Shown here: positions 13,701-27,850 of the stretch, piece after piece
Numbering within the stretch: position 1 is the first letter of the stretch
How the letters are laid out: each line of letters begins with the position of its first letter
Notes under the pieces: model-generated
The model's database searches: none
Told to the model about the DNA's origin: nothing
The model's input: the letters and a program-made list of their open reading frames with translations, nothing else
Translations under genes and position numbers: made by a program
Assembly: GCA_011109175.1 (NCBI GenBank)
Contig: RDEW01000002.1
Location: 2,086,997 to 2,150,996 of the forward strand
DNA length: 64,000 bases
Direction of reading: 5' to 3'
From: Dicyema japonicum
Taxonomy: Eukaryota > Animalia > Dicyemida

Positions 13701-15559
13701 TGGATATTACGCATCCACTTGGACTGTATTTTCTTTAGTGCCTTGTTTTCCTTCTTTTAATGTCTTCGCAGTATCCTAGTAGATATCTTTACTTCCCAAC
13801 TATTATCCATGTTTCTTCAGTTGACTGGTCCTCTCTTTACCCTGTTGTTATGTCGGTTTTTCGATATTAAATATACCAAATACCTTCCTAGACCCCATAC
13901 GATCACGTATCTGTCGGATGACTAAATCTTCGTATTCACTACGGCACGATCCACAGTTCATGTGTATTATGGATTCTAGAAGCATTGGCGACTGGGACTC
14001 TCCAGAAGTCAATTTTCCGTAATTTTGGAAGCTCTTTTTCGGCTAGCCGATATTTTGATCGCCTCTTCGAATTTTATGAACTTGTACGTTGTTCTTCTAA
14101 AATGTCAAAGGTGACCGCGGCTGGTATTTGCTATTTAATATCCGCTGGTCTCCTACAAGTTATTGAGGGTGGGATTACATAACTAACTAATGCAATGGGA
14201 GTTGTGCCTCATGGTCGAGAGTACAACTATCTGGATTGGCCATAATGTCATTCTAGGCTCTTCTTTCTGCAAACCAATCAACCTGATGAACTTTTACATG
14301 CTGTGCCCATGCTTGCCATACGTCTCAATGAAACGGATTTCCTCCTCTTGGAATCTTCAGAGTACTCACTGCGGACCTTATACACAGCGATAACTTGAGC
14401 AGATCCACGTTTGAGAAAGTATGGGAAAGTAATACATCTCCATCTGCTCGATCGCATAATTTTAACGCCATCGGCTTCTTGTCATCACTCCTGTCAAGTC
14501 CAAAGGGTTCCAGGAAGTAAGCAACGATTATACAACTCCCGAAAATCTTAATGGTGTAGTCAAAGAACTCTGGAGATCACAGTGGATATTGTTGGACAGA
14601 GTATTTATCAAGAAACGATATTTCCTCTTTTAAGGCTCTTTTGAAAATTTTCATCAGAAATCCGAAAGTCTTAGAATTCAAAATTATCGTTACTATCCAG
14701 ATGGCTGAACTCGAAAAAGATGAGGAGGATTTGGATGCGTACATTAAAAAAGATTATGAATGAGACAATATCGTTGTTTGTTTGTTAAAATCAGAAAAAC
14801 CTTTTTTAAACTAAATAAAATAGAATAAGGTTTTTTCAAACAAGATAGATTACTAAATCTAAAGAAAATTGAGTGTTTTTATTTTTAACGGAACTTAACT
14901 CTTACAGTCTGTTTTTAATAACCCCGGATATATCTGGAAAGGGTTCTATTTCAGTTCCCTCTGTCGAAATGGGACGTATATTTTCCAAGTATTATGCCTA
15001 GCCATATTCGCCATTCTGGGAACCCCTCTACTAAATTAATGAATAGAGGGATCCTTTTTCGTTCAATTTATTGTATTGAACCACTATTATTAGAGACATA
15101 AATTGAATCACACTAACAAACACGGGATAAGGTCCAACTATCCCTGTTTTAAGTCAACTAATCGACAAACAACCCGATTCCAATATAATTCCCTTTCAGT
15201 TTCGTCCTAATCGCGATAGAGAATTAAGGGGGTCGGAACTATCTCCAGGCGTGTTCTCCGAGAGATTGAAACCGCAATCTCGCCATGCTCGGAGATCGGG
15301 AGTGGCGTTGGTTCCATGAACGCCTCGGGATTACAATCGTTCGTGGAAATATCCTCTGTCTCTCGGAGGAACTAATCGTATGGAACCAATAAATGTTCTA
15401 CACTTCTTTTTGTTGCATGTGAGTCTTTATGGACAATTCTGTTCCGCATCGAAAATCATACACACTTGGCCAAGAGAGGTGGAGAAAGCGAAAACAATTT
15501 TGAGTTAATGGTCTCTCAAAGTCAATGAAAATAAAGCTGAAAGAACGACAATCCGCTTT

Positions 15560-16150
15560 GAGGAAAAGTGGAAGAACACTCGAAAACTAGATACTTGGCG
15601 ATTCAGAGGATATCACAAGACGGTAGATATTAGCCACAATATCACTTTAAAAATTACAATTAATTTTGATGAGAAAGAATAAAATTTCTAGTAAGATGCG
15701 GTTACACTTATGTAATGGAATTGTCCTACCAGTCCTCATGTACAACACAGGTATTTGGGGAACATCAAAGAAAGATATGGAACAACTCGACTCATATCAA
15801 AGAGGCCGACTAAGAAAACTTATTGGATTAAATAAAACCTCAAACAATAAATTATACAGATTGACTGATTGTGGACAAATAAGTCTGAAAGTACTTGAAG
15901 CCCGTTTGCGCCTTTTTGGACATATTCTACGGATGGATGAAGAAACACCATACAATCCCGCCATGGAAGAATTTTTCGGCCATACTGAATTTTCTACATT
16001 CTGAGGACGTCCAAGAGGTTGTCTTCCCATGACACTTGTGTAGGATTATGCTGTGATCGGGGGCCGATTGATGGATGCAGACGATTGGACAAAATCAGGA
16101 GGCGGGCAAGACGACGAAAGAGTTGGAGAAGGGTAACGGCTTGAATAGTC
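15560..16150 (+). mobile_element. RTE-like LINE 3' fragment
   Basis: KMRLHLCNGIVLPVLMYNTGIWG...RLRLFGHILRMDEETP. Confidence 0.75.
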
Positions 16151-16299
16151 GAAAACATGGCACAAGCCAATCCATAAACAGTGTTTATTGACAACGCATA
16201 CGTGCATTAATTAAATTATCAATAATTTATAGAGAACATAACTAAATGATAGGGAAGGGACTAAATAATTTGAGTATCTGAAAAGATGGGACATCGTAT

Positions 16300-17400
16300 T
16301 AGTTCTTAGTAAATAATCCCAAATACAGAGCATTTGGAGAACCTTTAACAAAGTCAAGTGTCTTGTAATACAAATTACTAATTTTTTTTACCCCAAGATT
16401 ACCGGATTAGAAAAAGTTAAACGTTAACTACTAATTTTGAGACGACGATTCAGAAATCATCGAGCTCCAGGAAGGACATGCGTAATCGATTACTGGCAGT
16501 ATGTATTGTCTGTAAATTTTCTGTTGTATGAAGGTGTTGTGCCCGATTGGTGATCGGGACAAACTTTTCAATATGTTGGTCCTCCTCCTGACCTTGGTAA
16601 TAATGTCATTGACGGGTTCGCCGAATGTCAGGAGAGTATCCAACTTTAATCTTGATCTTCTATGTGTAGAGAAAATTGTAATAAATGACTTTCCTGCAGA
16701 AACTTCCAGTCGATTTGATATGAGCCAATGTTCCATAATATAACTTTAAAGTTTCATCCCTGCCTTCTCATAGTTAGAGTTTTTCGTCGCAAGAACAATG
16801 TCATCTGCGTATGAGAGTATCAATGTATCGGGATCATCATTGGTGGGAAGGTCATTGGTGTACAAGTTGAAGAGCAGGGGATAGAGAGGTGAACCTTGAG
16901 GGACACCATTCGGCAATAAACGGGATTTAGATTTTCTGTTGTCCAATAAACGGGATTTAAAAATTACTATAGTTATTATGGGGGTGATAAATTAGTGAAA
17001 GGGGCGAAAATTTTTTTATAGGGGGATACGGAAAAAAAGTCGAGAAACACTGCCATAGATAACTCTTCGTGTCTAGATCGACGCAGATTAGAGTATCCGA
17101 GTGAATCGGATAAGATCAGGATGATAGAGAGAAGGGAGACACCAATGGAAGGGGAATACATATGTTCACAGCAGTTATTAAAAAACATGATATGATTCAT
17201 GATTAGTGTAATGAGGCCTCCACCCCTTCCATCTTTTCTGTCCCATCTGAACACAGAGTATCTCGAGTAGGTTTGCTGCCGTGTGGTTAACTTTCGTCTC
17301 TTGGAAAAAACTACATCCACTGAATGTTCGTGATGGTGGAAATGCAGTATTATTTGATTGCAAGGGAGATAGATTAAGACTGCTTCTCAAATCGCCAAAT
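16300..17400 (-). mobile_element. Jockey/I-like LINE RT fragment
   Basis: GVPQGSPLYPLLFNLYTNDLP...ILSYADDIVL. Confidence 0.85.
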
Positions 17401-18399
17401 TAAATTTCCGAAAAATCTGTCGATCTCGGTCATTCGTTTTGAGATCACCAGTCGTCCAATCCTCTTAACAAAGAGTGGCATGTTTAGAAATAGTCCTCAT
17501 GAACCTTCAACTGAGAAAAATGGTAGAAACACTTATCCGAAAATCAATACAATTATGTGCAGGGGGAATTGTCGGAATTGACAAAAACAAGTTCTTCCAA
17601 ATAAATTATCATTAAGGAGATTGAATTTGAAACTCGTCATTGGTTTTTGGCTGAGGTTCTGGACAGTTATATTTCATTTTATAAAAGAAAGACTGAAACT
17701 ACACGAGAAATTTTTCTACCATTTATGTTTTAATTTATTAACCCAGATATACCGTGTCTTTTTGTTTGTGAATTTTAAAAGAGAATTCAATTCCGCAGTG
17801 TTGAAACACTAATGACGGCTTCAATTGTCGACCCTAAAACATCGTAGATTAGTAACAAAGAATCGCCGAGAATAGTATTTGGAATTGAAACAGATAATTG
17901 AACAATCATGCTCCAACTGAGAACGATAGGCATATTTAGTTCATGCGAAACTTATTTCCATTTACCTGTGTTTCTGAATAGTGTCGAAATCGCATTTTGT
18001 TAAAAAATCCGTAACCATTTTCTTAATTAATCTAGAATTTTCAAATGACGATCTGTTGTTGTACAGTAATAGTAGGGGGACCGAGACAATAGAAAAAGTG
18101 ACCCCTCCTGTAAATGTATAGAATGCAGAAACGGCAAAAAATGGTGGTCCTTCATGATGTACCTGAAAAGCACCATTAACTTCTCCTTTCTTAAATATTT
18201 TAAAAATTATTTATTCTAGTGTGAAATCAAAGTCATTAATATTTTGAGTTTTAAAATTTCGATCAATTTTGAGAATTTTAAATATTAGTGAAATAGCTAT
18301 TTCAGCCAAGGCAGAACTGGCACTACAACTTCGTTTACAGTTAATTACAATCGAAAAATTTGTCAAAAAAGTTCCGTCTAAGTTGACTACAAACTCTGA

Positions 18400-19340
18400 A
18401 TATGTCTTTGCACAAAAATGAGCTTTCTGAGTTCGTGACCTTATGCCCATTAACCAACAACGTGAGTCGAGTAAAAATGTAACCCCTCTTTGGACACATA
18501 CTCCGCAACGATATGGGGACCCCTGCCAACATAGCAATGGAGGAGTATTTTGTCTTAGAAGCTTCTCGTTTCCGCTGCCGGCTGAGTACAACACAGCCGG
18601 TTATTCTAGATGAAGATATCAGGATACGCTACGGAACATGGCAACGGATCGAAAAAGATGGGGGACGTTAATTAGATCGTTCACTTTTCGTGTTGCACAT
18701 GCTTTGTCATGATCTTGGCATCGCGTACGTGCCTATAATAATAATAATATGCATCTTTAATTATTATATTGAGTTGATCAAGTTCTTCATCATTTAATTA
18801 ACGTCTTTTCCAATATCCCGATTTCCTTCAGGCATTTCAATCTCCGATAAGAAATCTTCTGGGGAATCCTGAATCGGAATTTAAAACCACCTTGCAGTTT
18901 TATCAACCATGAAAATTTCTTTTTAATAATATTTTGAATTTTAAAAAATATTATTTTAATATTTTTAATTTCTTTTAAAAAATACATTTTAATTATGGCT
19001 ATTCGAGGAGAACTTTGTTCTGGACCCTCCAACTTTCCGTGGTCGACCGAGAACAATCCTACCCATTGTCTTTGATGAAGATTTTAAGGAAATCGGGAGA
19101 CGCCTCAAGGATGAGGAATACTTTGAAAGGTTATGGGAGGTGACAAAGCGTCACCAGAGATGGAAGATATTAACTAGCGCTATGATTTTCCATGTTGCAA
19201 TCGGATTGATGAAGATTTTAAGGAAATCGGGAGACGCCTCAAGGATGAGGAATACTTTGAAAGGTTATGGGAGGTGGCAAAGCGTCACCAGAGATGGAAG
19301 ATATTAACTAGTGCTATGATTTTCCATGTTGCAATCGGAC
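18400..19340 (+). mobile_element. Two RTE-like 3' fragments (18400-18750, 19000-19340)
   Basis: 18480-18750 is near-identical to 11930-12225; FRGRPRTILP motif at 19035. Confidence 0.7.
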
Positions 19341-20039
19341 ATAATGGTATGTCTAATGTGTAAAATCATTAAAGAAAAATACGTTGGAGTTAAACAAAAA
19401 TTTATTTATTTTGTAATAATTTTAAGAACCTAAAGATTTGTTAGATAAGAATAGTCACTTGCAACAAACTTGGAATATTTATGTGGGATTGTATAGATCC
19501 CTTAGATATTCTTCCTATAACAAATATTATAAACGGATTCTTTGCAACATAGATTGTTATTCGAAATTCTCATTATTACCCCGTATATACCAAGAAAGAA
19601 GATAACAATTGACCACTAATTAAGTGTATCTATTTCCAAGCTGAGTCCACACTCCACTGGAGGAACTATTACAACTACAAGGAATGGATTCCTCAAAATT
19701 TGCATGGTCTTTTCCTCTATTAAATAACAATTCTCGAGCATAAAAATACTTTAAGACTAATTTATTGAGGTCCATACACACAAGAAAAAGAAAACCATTA
19801 AGTGAAGAGCATACCATGGTTATCTTTCTAAGATTAGTTATAATAACTGTTCTTGACTTAAATAAAGTGTGTGTTCTGCACGAGCGAAACCCTAGGCATT
19901 TTAAGTGCACATGGCAATGGGAGAGTGCTTACTTTTTTTTATTGGGATCCTAGTAACTCTACGTTACGAAAATACTAGTTTTGCAAGATTACTATGTGAT
20001 TGAAGGATAGAGGTAATTAATCGAAAATCAGGACATAAA

Positions 20040-23000
20040 TCGTTGTCTGTCTTTTATTCCTCTGAAATAACACTTCTAACTTCTTTATTGTCTTTAAATT
20101 TTTCAAATGTTCCACATTCTATCATTTCTGAAAATTCATTGATTTTTGTAATTTCTTCTATAATGTATATTGCATTTAATAATTTAATTGGCGAAAATTC
20201 TCATTGTTCTCTCCATTTTCAGCATCAATAATGTCCTCGTCGACATTATAATCTTCACTAAAAAGGGTGACGATTTCGTTTTCGTCGAGAGTTTCTGTAT
20301 GAGTTATTTCTTCCTCATTAGCAAGTTTTTCCAGTTCTTTTTTATACACATCCAATACAGGATCTTGCATTATATCTTCATTAGCATCTGAAAAAAAACA
20401 TTTTATTGTCCCTGTCTTTTTGAAACAATTTTCCATTGTGCCTTCTTTTACTTCATTCCATGCGTGAGATATCATAATAATGGCCTTCCGTAAATTAACA
20501 AAAAAATTTTCCAAATCAAGGGCTTCCATATAATCCAAAATAAGCAGTTTTCTATAATAATGCTTAAAGCTCTTGATTATTCCTGCATCCATTCGTTGAA
20601 GATGAGCAATGGTGTTTTTTGCAAGAAATATAATTTCACCGTTCTCAAAAAAATCGTCAAAACGTGGCTTGGAGCATTATCAATCAGTAAAAAAAAATTT
20701 CCGTAACATTTTAATTTATCTCTAAGATGAGTGATGAATAAATTAAAAAATTCTGTTGTCATCCAATCCCTTTTATTTTCATAGTAATTACAATATTTTT
20801 CAAAAAAATCTTTTAAACAGCTTGGTCTTTTACTATGCCCAATAACAAAAGGTTTAATTATTATTGTTCCAGTTGCATTAGCACAAAGAGCTATAGTGAT
20901 CCTCACTTTTGATTGTTTAATGCCTTTTTTATTTTTATATTAAATTGTTCTCGTAGGGAAAGATTGAAAAAAGAGTCCAGTTTCATCCATGTTTAGCAAT
21001 ACTTCAAGGTAACTTCTTTTAACTTATCAATCATATTTCATCTTGGTGAAGTTGTGACATGCCTCGTTTCTTCTCTGTACAACGGTTACGAAAAATGTCT
21101 GAAAAACACTCATCATACAATCGAGAACTCAGGCAATGACGTTCAACGTACGTGGAATATTGAAAGATTGGACAAGGAAAGTACTTTGTGACGATCTCGA
21201 GAAATACAAAATATGTATTGGCTGCCTACAAGAGACGAAAATCGAAAATGGACGCGATGAGACATGGAACAACTACCTACTGATTTTCTTCCCGACTGAA
21301 TGCAAGCACTACGGCATGGGATTTCCCCTAAACGTGGATTACCTCAAAAAATTACATCGCTATTGGAGAGTCAACGACCGAATATGTGTACTACAAATCA
21401 AACTAAATGAACTATGCCCCTCCAAGAGTCGATTAACCGTCATAGATGTCTATGCACCAAACTGTGGGCGAGTAATCAAGAACCCAGGTGAGCTCGAGGA
21501 ATTCTACTCAGAACAATCAAGCACATACTCTAACAATGCTTCCTCGTCCCTTGTCTTTGTTGCGGGAGATATGAATGCAAAGGCCGGAATGCGAATGGGG
21601 CCCGAAGAATCCTCTATTGGAAGACACGGGCGCGGAAGGAGAAATGCATCTGGAGCCTCTCTGGTAAACTTCTGCGAGGCAAATAGCCTTTTCTTGTGCA
21701 ACACGGCATTCACGCACTCAGGTTGCCACAAGACGACGTGGCACGGACAAAGAAAAAACTCTGTCGGAGAGACCGTGAATATATATAATCAAATCGACTA
21801 AATTATCTGCCGAAAGTCTGATAAACACCTGATAAATGATGCACGTTCCTACCAGGGAACAACAACCGACAGCGACCACAGGATCGTCATTGCAAAACTT
21901 TGTTAAAACAGCACCTGACTGGGAAAAAATAAATTGAAAACGCGAAGAAGGCGAGACAAAAGCCCAATATATACTTTCAGACAGAAAAATTGTGGTTAGA
22001 GCCCACTTGTAGAGCTAAATATCAAGAACAAATCGAGACTCTTATGGAGAAAACCGCACCGGAATCATCAGTACGAACTTTGTGGGATCAAACAAAACAG
22101 GCAATCTTCAAGTCGGCCAATATATTCCTTGGAGTCCGAAATCATCACGCCCTAAAATTGGATCATCACCCTAACGTGCCAGATATAGCAAAGAATTGCA
22201 GAGAGCTACGGCTAAAAGTGGCAAACACGTCAAACGAGAGTAAAAAAAGAGCTTAATATCCAACAAAAAGAACTTAAGTGGAAAATCAAAAAGATGAACA
22301 GAAAAAACTCACGGGAAATTATTACATCCCTATTAAAAGATGTGGAATGCCTAAAAGACAATTCAAAGATGTATGCAGCTTCAAGTACTTCAGGTTCAAC
22401 TTCTTTTAACTTATCAATCATATTTTGTCTATTGAAATTAATTTCATCTTGTGTTAGCTTCTCCACGAAGAACTTTTAGTTTAAGATTAAATCTTCCTTT
22501 AAATCTGTGTAGCCAGCCTTTACTAAATTCAAGATCGTTGATTCATAACTTTTCACCAAATATTTTACCTTTTGAAATGATGATATCTTCAGTAATAAAA
22601 CCATTGATTGCAAACATTCTTGAAATCCATTCAACAGGTGAATTATCAAGTTGATAATGTTTATCAGCTGGCTATCTTGACTTGTTAATCATAGTTTCAC
22701 AGTTTTCCCATTTTTCACGATTTTTAAGAATTTATGAAAGTGTTGAAATTCCCAAATAAAGGTTCATTTTTATTTCACAGATATGGGATAATTCTCTGAG
22801 AGTCATTTTTGATGTATTTTTTATCCCAAAAATTCCAGTCCTTTTTCAACCATGTGGCACTGTTAAATTTTAATTTTAAATTAATTTTAATGTACAATAA
22901 AAACAAAATAAATTAATCCGAAATTTTTAATAAATGTATTCGGATTGCGGATAATGAAGTTTCGGATTATCGAAGCCTGTTTGTATAAAATCTTTGTAAA

Positions 23001-23059
23001 ATTTTGCTGACTCATCAAAAAATTAGGATTATTGAAGTTCGGATTAATGAGGTTTACTG
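20040..23059 (-). mobile_element. pogo/Tigger (CENP-B/DDE_1) DNA transposon interrupted by an RTE insertion
   Basis: RITIALCANATG..KPFVIG..LLIDNAPSH; MDAGIIKSFK; terminal CAGTAAACC at 23059 (minus). Confidence 0.85.
21047..22386 (+). mobile_element. RTE-like LINE 5' portion (APE domain) nested in Tigger
   Basis: MTFNVRG...CLQETK...VYAP...AGDMNAK...NQID; flanked by duplicated acttca(a)ggt..aacttcttttaacttatcaatcatatt. Confidence 0.85.
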
Positions 23060-24659
23060 AATTTCTATTTATCGTACTACTGGAAAGTCACCCTTGAAGT
23101 TAACTTTATGAATTTTATTTTAAATATCCTATTTTTAGAACTTCTGGATTCAATCCTGTTTCTGTGTTCGATAAAAAGAAATCCAATTTCCTGTCCAAAG
23201 AATTGACCACTTTTCAGATCGAAAGCGGGAAAAAAATTAGTGCTACTTCAGTTGCGTAGGATAAAATCACAGGAAAAAGAATTCGTTGTCGACCGAGAAT
23301 TAAACCCAGACCTTGATGTATCCGATGCTTTCTTATATTAGAACTCTGGATATCCGATATCTTCAGAGTCCAATAAGAAGGGGGAGAACATCGCCCGTTA
23401 TAGATCAAGTATACTAAAGCTATGCCATAGTGCATCAGACCTACATCGTCAGCTCAACCTAATTGAGAGGTTGTGTTGACTCCCATGTGAATAATATTAT
23501 GCAATTTCTGATGCAACAAATCAATGGGGGAAATCGCTATTGTAATTAATTGATTACCCAAGAGTAAACATTATATTAGAGAAGCAGCGTAAAGTGTATA
23601 AATGTCCTGGTGGAATGATAATAATCCCAATTCTAGTGATAATTGGAATAGTCCCCCATTAAATAATCTTCTTGAAGAATTGAATAAACTACTGCCACCG
23701 AGAGAGGACGGATGTCCAAGAAATGCTAATATGATATTTGAAGACACTTCCAAATTTATTGAGTTTATGGAAAAGGAAAATGCCCATAAAAGGGATATTC
23801 TGGAAGACCTCAGCCAAAAAATTAAAGACAAAGCGGAGTCTATCCTTGAAAAATCTAAATCGGAGCATTATTAATCATAATTATCTTTTCGGTTTTTCTT
23901 TTATTATTTGAGTTTTCTAATTTGTTTTTGGAATTGATACGGTACCGCATCTTCAGAGTACTATTGGACCATTATGACGGTAAACCTTTTTTCTGTGTGG
24001 GGTGATAGTGATGATCTTCAGACAGAATGGTAGGGAGATTTACTTAAAATAGCAAAAATCTAGAAGTCAGATAATGCCGGAATTCTTCCCAAGGTATGAG
24101 AAGATTCCAAGACAAAATAAGAAGCAAGGATTAGACACCTGGATCGATTAATTATACGATAAGTTGTATCCCCTTTATGTGTTCCTGGGGATAAATATTC
24201 TTTAATCTCAAAATATCTCGAGGCGCTTTTTATTCAAACAATTTGAAGTGACCATTTTCAAGTGGACAGCGATCCTGAAGATTGATATGGTTACGTACCT
24301 CTATTGCACGAAATGCATACTTGGTTCATAGGGAATAAAAACCTCTCTCTTCCTTCTTCTTATGAGAATAGAATGGACTATTATTTTTTATTTCTGCTTT
24401 TTAGGTAAGCTATGTTTTTTATTTTATTACTATACTTGTTTTTTTTGTTTAAGGAATTTTTCATTTAATGAATAATTTGCTTAATAAATCCAAATTTTAA
24501 TTTTTAATGATTTTCCTCCTAAAATTAAAATTTAATGAATTTTTATTTAATAAATCTTAATTTGATTTAAAAAAATTAAATTAATAATTTTTTTTTATTA
24601 ACAAAATTTTTTTAATTAATAATTTTTTTTTTTTTAACAATTAAAAAAATATCAGTTGA

Positions 24660-25170
24660 GGAAGCCTGCTGCGTGGATTGCGAACGAGTTCCCTCGGAGT
24701 ATGGCTATTCCAATCTTTTGTCTTAGCCATAACCCTTCTCGTTGATCCCTTTTCTTTTTGGCAAGCAATCCTCCGAGTTCTTGCAAGAATTCAGCCGTCA
24801 TTGGACCAACGGCTCCCGATGATTCGGTCGCAACAGGAGTAAATCGGTAGCGATCCCCGAGGCAAGAATATTTCTTGATTTTTAGGTTTTCCGCAATCGA
24901 AGCAGCTGCTCCAGGTGTCTGAACAGATTTAAAAATGTTCGTGCTTGAGAACGTGTCTATGCAAGTTGACGATCACATCATTCAGAGCGGCATGACGTGG
25001 TCCCCTTCCGGCGCTTCTTCTGCAGGACAGCGGGTGCAATCCTTTCACATCGACTGTTTTCCCGCATCGGCATCGGTGCTCCTGGCAAACGTCTAGTCCC
25101 AGCCTTTGTCCGATTCCATTCCTCAAAGAATCGTCGTCCAAAAAGGTCCCGAGGTTTGGGCAAGGTATTG
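24660..25170 (-). mobile_element. CRE-like 3' fragment (zinc knuckle plus RLE)
   Basis: [18 protein letters not shown]...HPLSC...RHAALNDVI; ETSGAVGP. Confidence 0.8.
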
Positions 25171-26791
25171 TGATTTTTCTTTAAAATTTTATTAAATTTA
25201 TTTTAACAATTTAATAAAATTTATTAATTATTTATTATAATGAACGTATTAAAAATGAAGAATTGTCGCTTTCATTAAACAAAAAATAACTGTACTTGTT
25301 TTTTAAGTCAGGTTATTTTTTATCACGATTAGAAGAACAAAAATACCACGTACTTTTCTATTTTAGTCAATCATTACGTGGTTCAGTAATTTTGTAACTT
25401 TTGGTAACGTTCGGAGGCCCTATAATGTTCTTTAAAGGAGGGTCATCGACAATTTACCTTTGAGGATATTCTCCCTGGTGCACTTTCGTCCTCAACTATC
25501 TAGAAAGAACCCTCAGTCAACCGCAAAAGGAGAACCATATTGCTAAAGTTAGACATCAATGAGATAAGAGGTAAAATTTTTGTTCTCTTCTGATGGAACT
25601 GAAGATTTAAATCGACTGATTCAAAAGACGAAATACCCTTCAATCTGACATATTCCACTATTTCCAGATACAGTTAATTCGGAATGAACTGAGCTACATC
25701 AATTCTAAGAAGAATTTTTTGGGAGACGACGCTGATATCGAAATCACTCCGATTTCACTTGGAAGAAATTGAAAAATTACCTTTGAATATATATGTACCC
25801 CCTCCTAGTTTTTGTCCGATGCAGATTACTATGCATGATTTATATACTTTGTCTTCCTTTAAACATGTGATTATTGGTAGAGATATTTACGCGTTAGTTA
25901 GCTAACCATTAAAAATTTGAGGTCTTTTACGGTTATAAATGACACGTCAGAGAGATAAACCAACTTGCTCTCACGATTTGTCTGCGATATCGACCTGGTC
26001 AGTCACTTACAACTCATGAAGTGACAACAAAAAAGAAATCTCGACTGGGAAAAAGTTTTCACTCCGCTTCGACTACAACATTACCTTGCATTTATTGACA
26101 ACCTCTTGCAGAAATTTCCTGAATGATTGTACCCCTAGCACTATCTTGGATGCCATACCTTAACACCACCCTAACTATGTAATGGGGTATGGCAGGATGA
26201 CAATTGTTAAAAAAAATGACTCATGTCTGACTGTTTTACTACTGAGGGCATTGAACAACGATGTAGTAACCGAGGAGTTCAAATCCCAGTAACCAAAATG
26301 GCTGTATGTATCTCGTTTTTGAATCAAAGTAGATTCACACAGAAGTTTGTAAGACCATTTGGAATGTTTCATATTAAATGTCCTGAATAATCTTATAAAA
26401 TATTACGTAAAAATATCCCACAAGGGCATAATAATAATATCTCTATTATCTTTCAGAGGAAACACCCTACTATAATGGGCCTGGCAAAGAATCTTGGTAA
26501 TCATGGAATAGCAGAATTTACGATGATATACAGCCACTCAACCAATAAAAACATTGTCCTGTCTTCGTTGAAACTTGCCCACCTCCACCCAACTCTGAAA
26601 CCATGAAAAACATATATCGTTAATCTATTCCATGTTAAGAATTCAGGATAAGCTGGTTCTTTAAAAAACCAAAGGTTTTTGTCCAGACATGAAATTTAAA
26701 ATGGATTCAAAGTAGATAGGTCCACTTTGATAAATCTATCAGTCTTTATTAACTTTTTGGGGATATCTGAAAATTGTACTTTACTCTAGAC

Positions 26792-27850
26792 CAGTGGTTC
26801 TCAACCTTTTTGAGAACACGGAACCCTATCAACATTTTTCATTTTATACGGAACCCCTATAAGTTTTTAAAAATTATCAGTATTTTACTATTACAAAAAA
26901 ATAAAATGCTAGTTCAATAGTGAGATTGTTCAGGCTGATGTATCTTGCATAGCTCTGTAATATGTCCTTGACAGAGATAAATGCAGGTCTTTTACATACA
27001 GAAGGTTCGCTCGTTTTTTATGATTTATATTTGTTAATGCAGAAAAATCCACTTTCACAGAGATAAGTCGTTGAAAACTGGACCAAAGCTATGTTTACCA
27101 GAATAGGATATTCTTTTTTGACAATCAGCCAAAACGAATCAACATCAAGTTGTAAATATTCCATTTTTAACGTTCTGTCACTTGAAACAAACGCAAGTTC
27201 TTGCTCTTTTAATGATAACTCGTTTCCAGTTATTTCGTATTCAGCAAAAGGATTCCTCATCCGAAATCAACATCAAGCTGTAAATATTCCATTTTTAACG
27301 TTCTGTCACTTGAAACAAACGCAAGTTCTTGCTCTTTTAATGATAACTCGTTTCCAGTTATTTCGTACTCAGCAAAAGGATTCCTCATCCAATCATTGAG
27401 TTCAACTGATTTGAGTTGAAGATAAGTGAATAATGTTCGAATTCTATTTTTTTCGTAAATAAGCAAAGCCAATAAATTGCCCAGTCGTTGCTGGAGCACC
27501 ATCAGTGCAGAAATTCACACATACATTCCGATACACTTTATATCCTCAAAATATGAATTTATAAGATTGAAAATGTCATATTCCTTTGTTGTTCCGAGAA
27601 ACTCTTTGAAGCAAAGAAATTCTTCAACAATGGATTCATCGTTCATATATCGAACGAAAACAAGGAGTTGCATTCTTCATGTAATATCTTAGCTTTCATC
27701 CAATTGAAGCCCAAAAAATTAGACTTTTGAATCGCCGTAAAAAAGTGGTTTCAATGTCATATGACATACCCTTGATGAGTCTGCTAACAGAATTATTAGA
27801 AAAAGGAATTAAGTCGAGCTCAGCGGCAGCAATTTCTCCGAACATTATCT
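26792..27850 (-). mobile_element. hAT/Buster (ZBED8-like) transposon fragment
   Basis: TIR CAGTGGTTCTCAAC at 26792 preceded by CTCTAGAC (nnnTAnnn target); FWLIVKKEYP..FSTTYLCESGF dimerisation motif. Confidence 0.85.
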
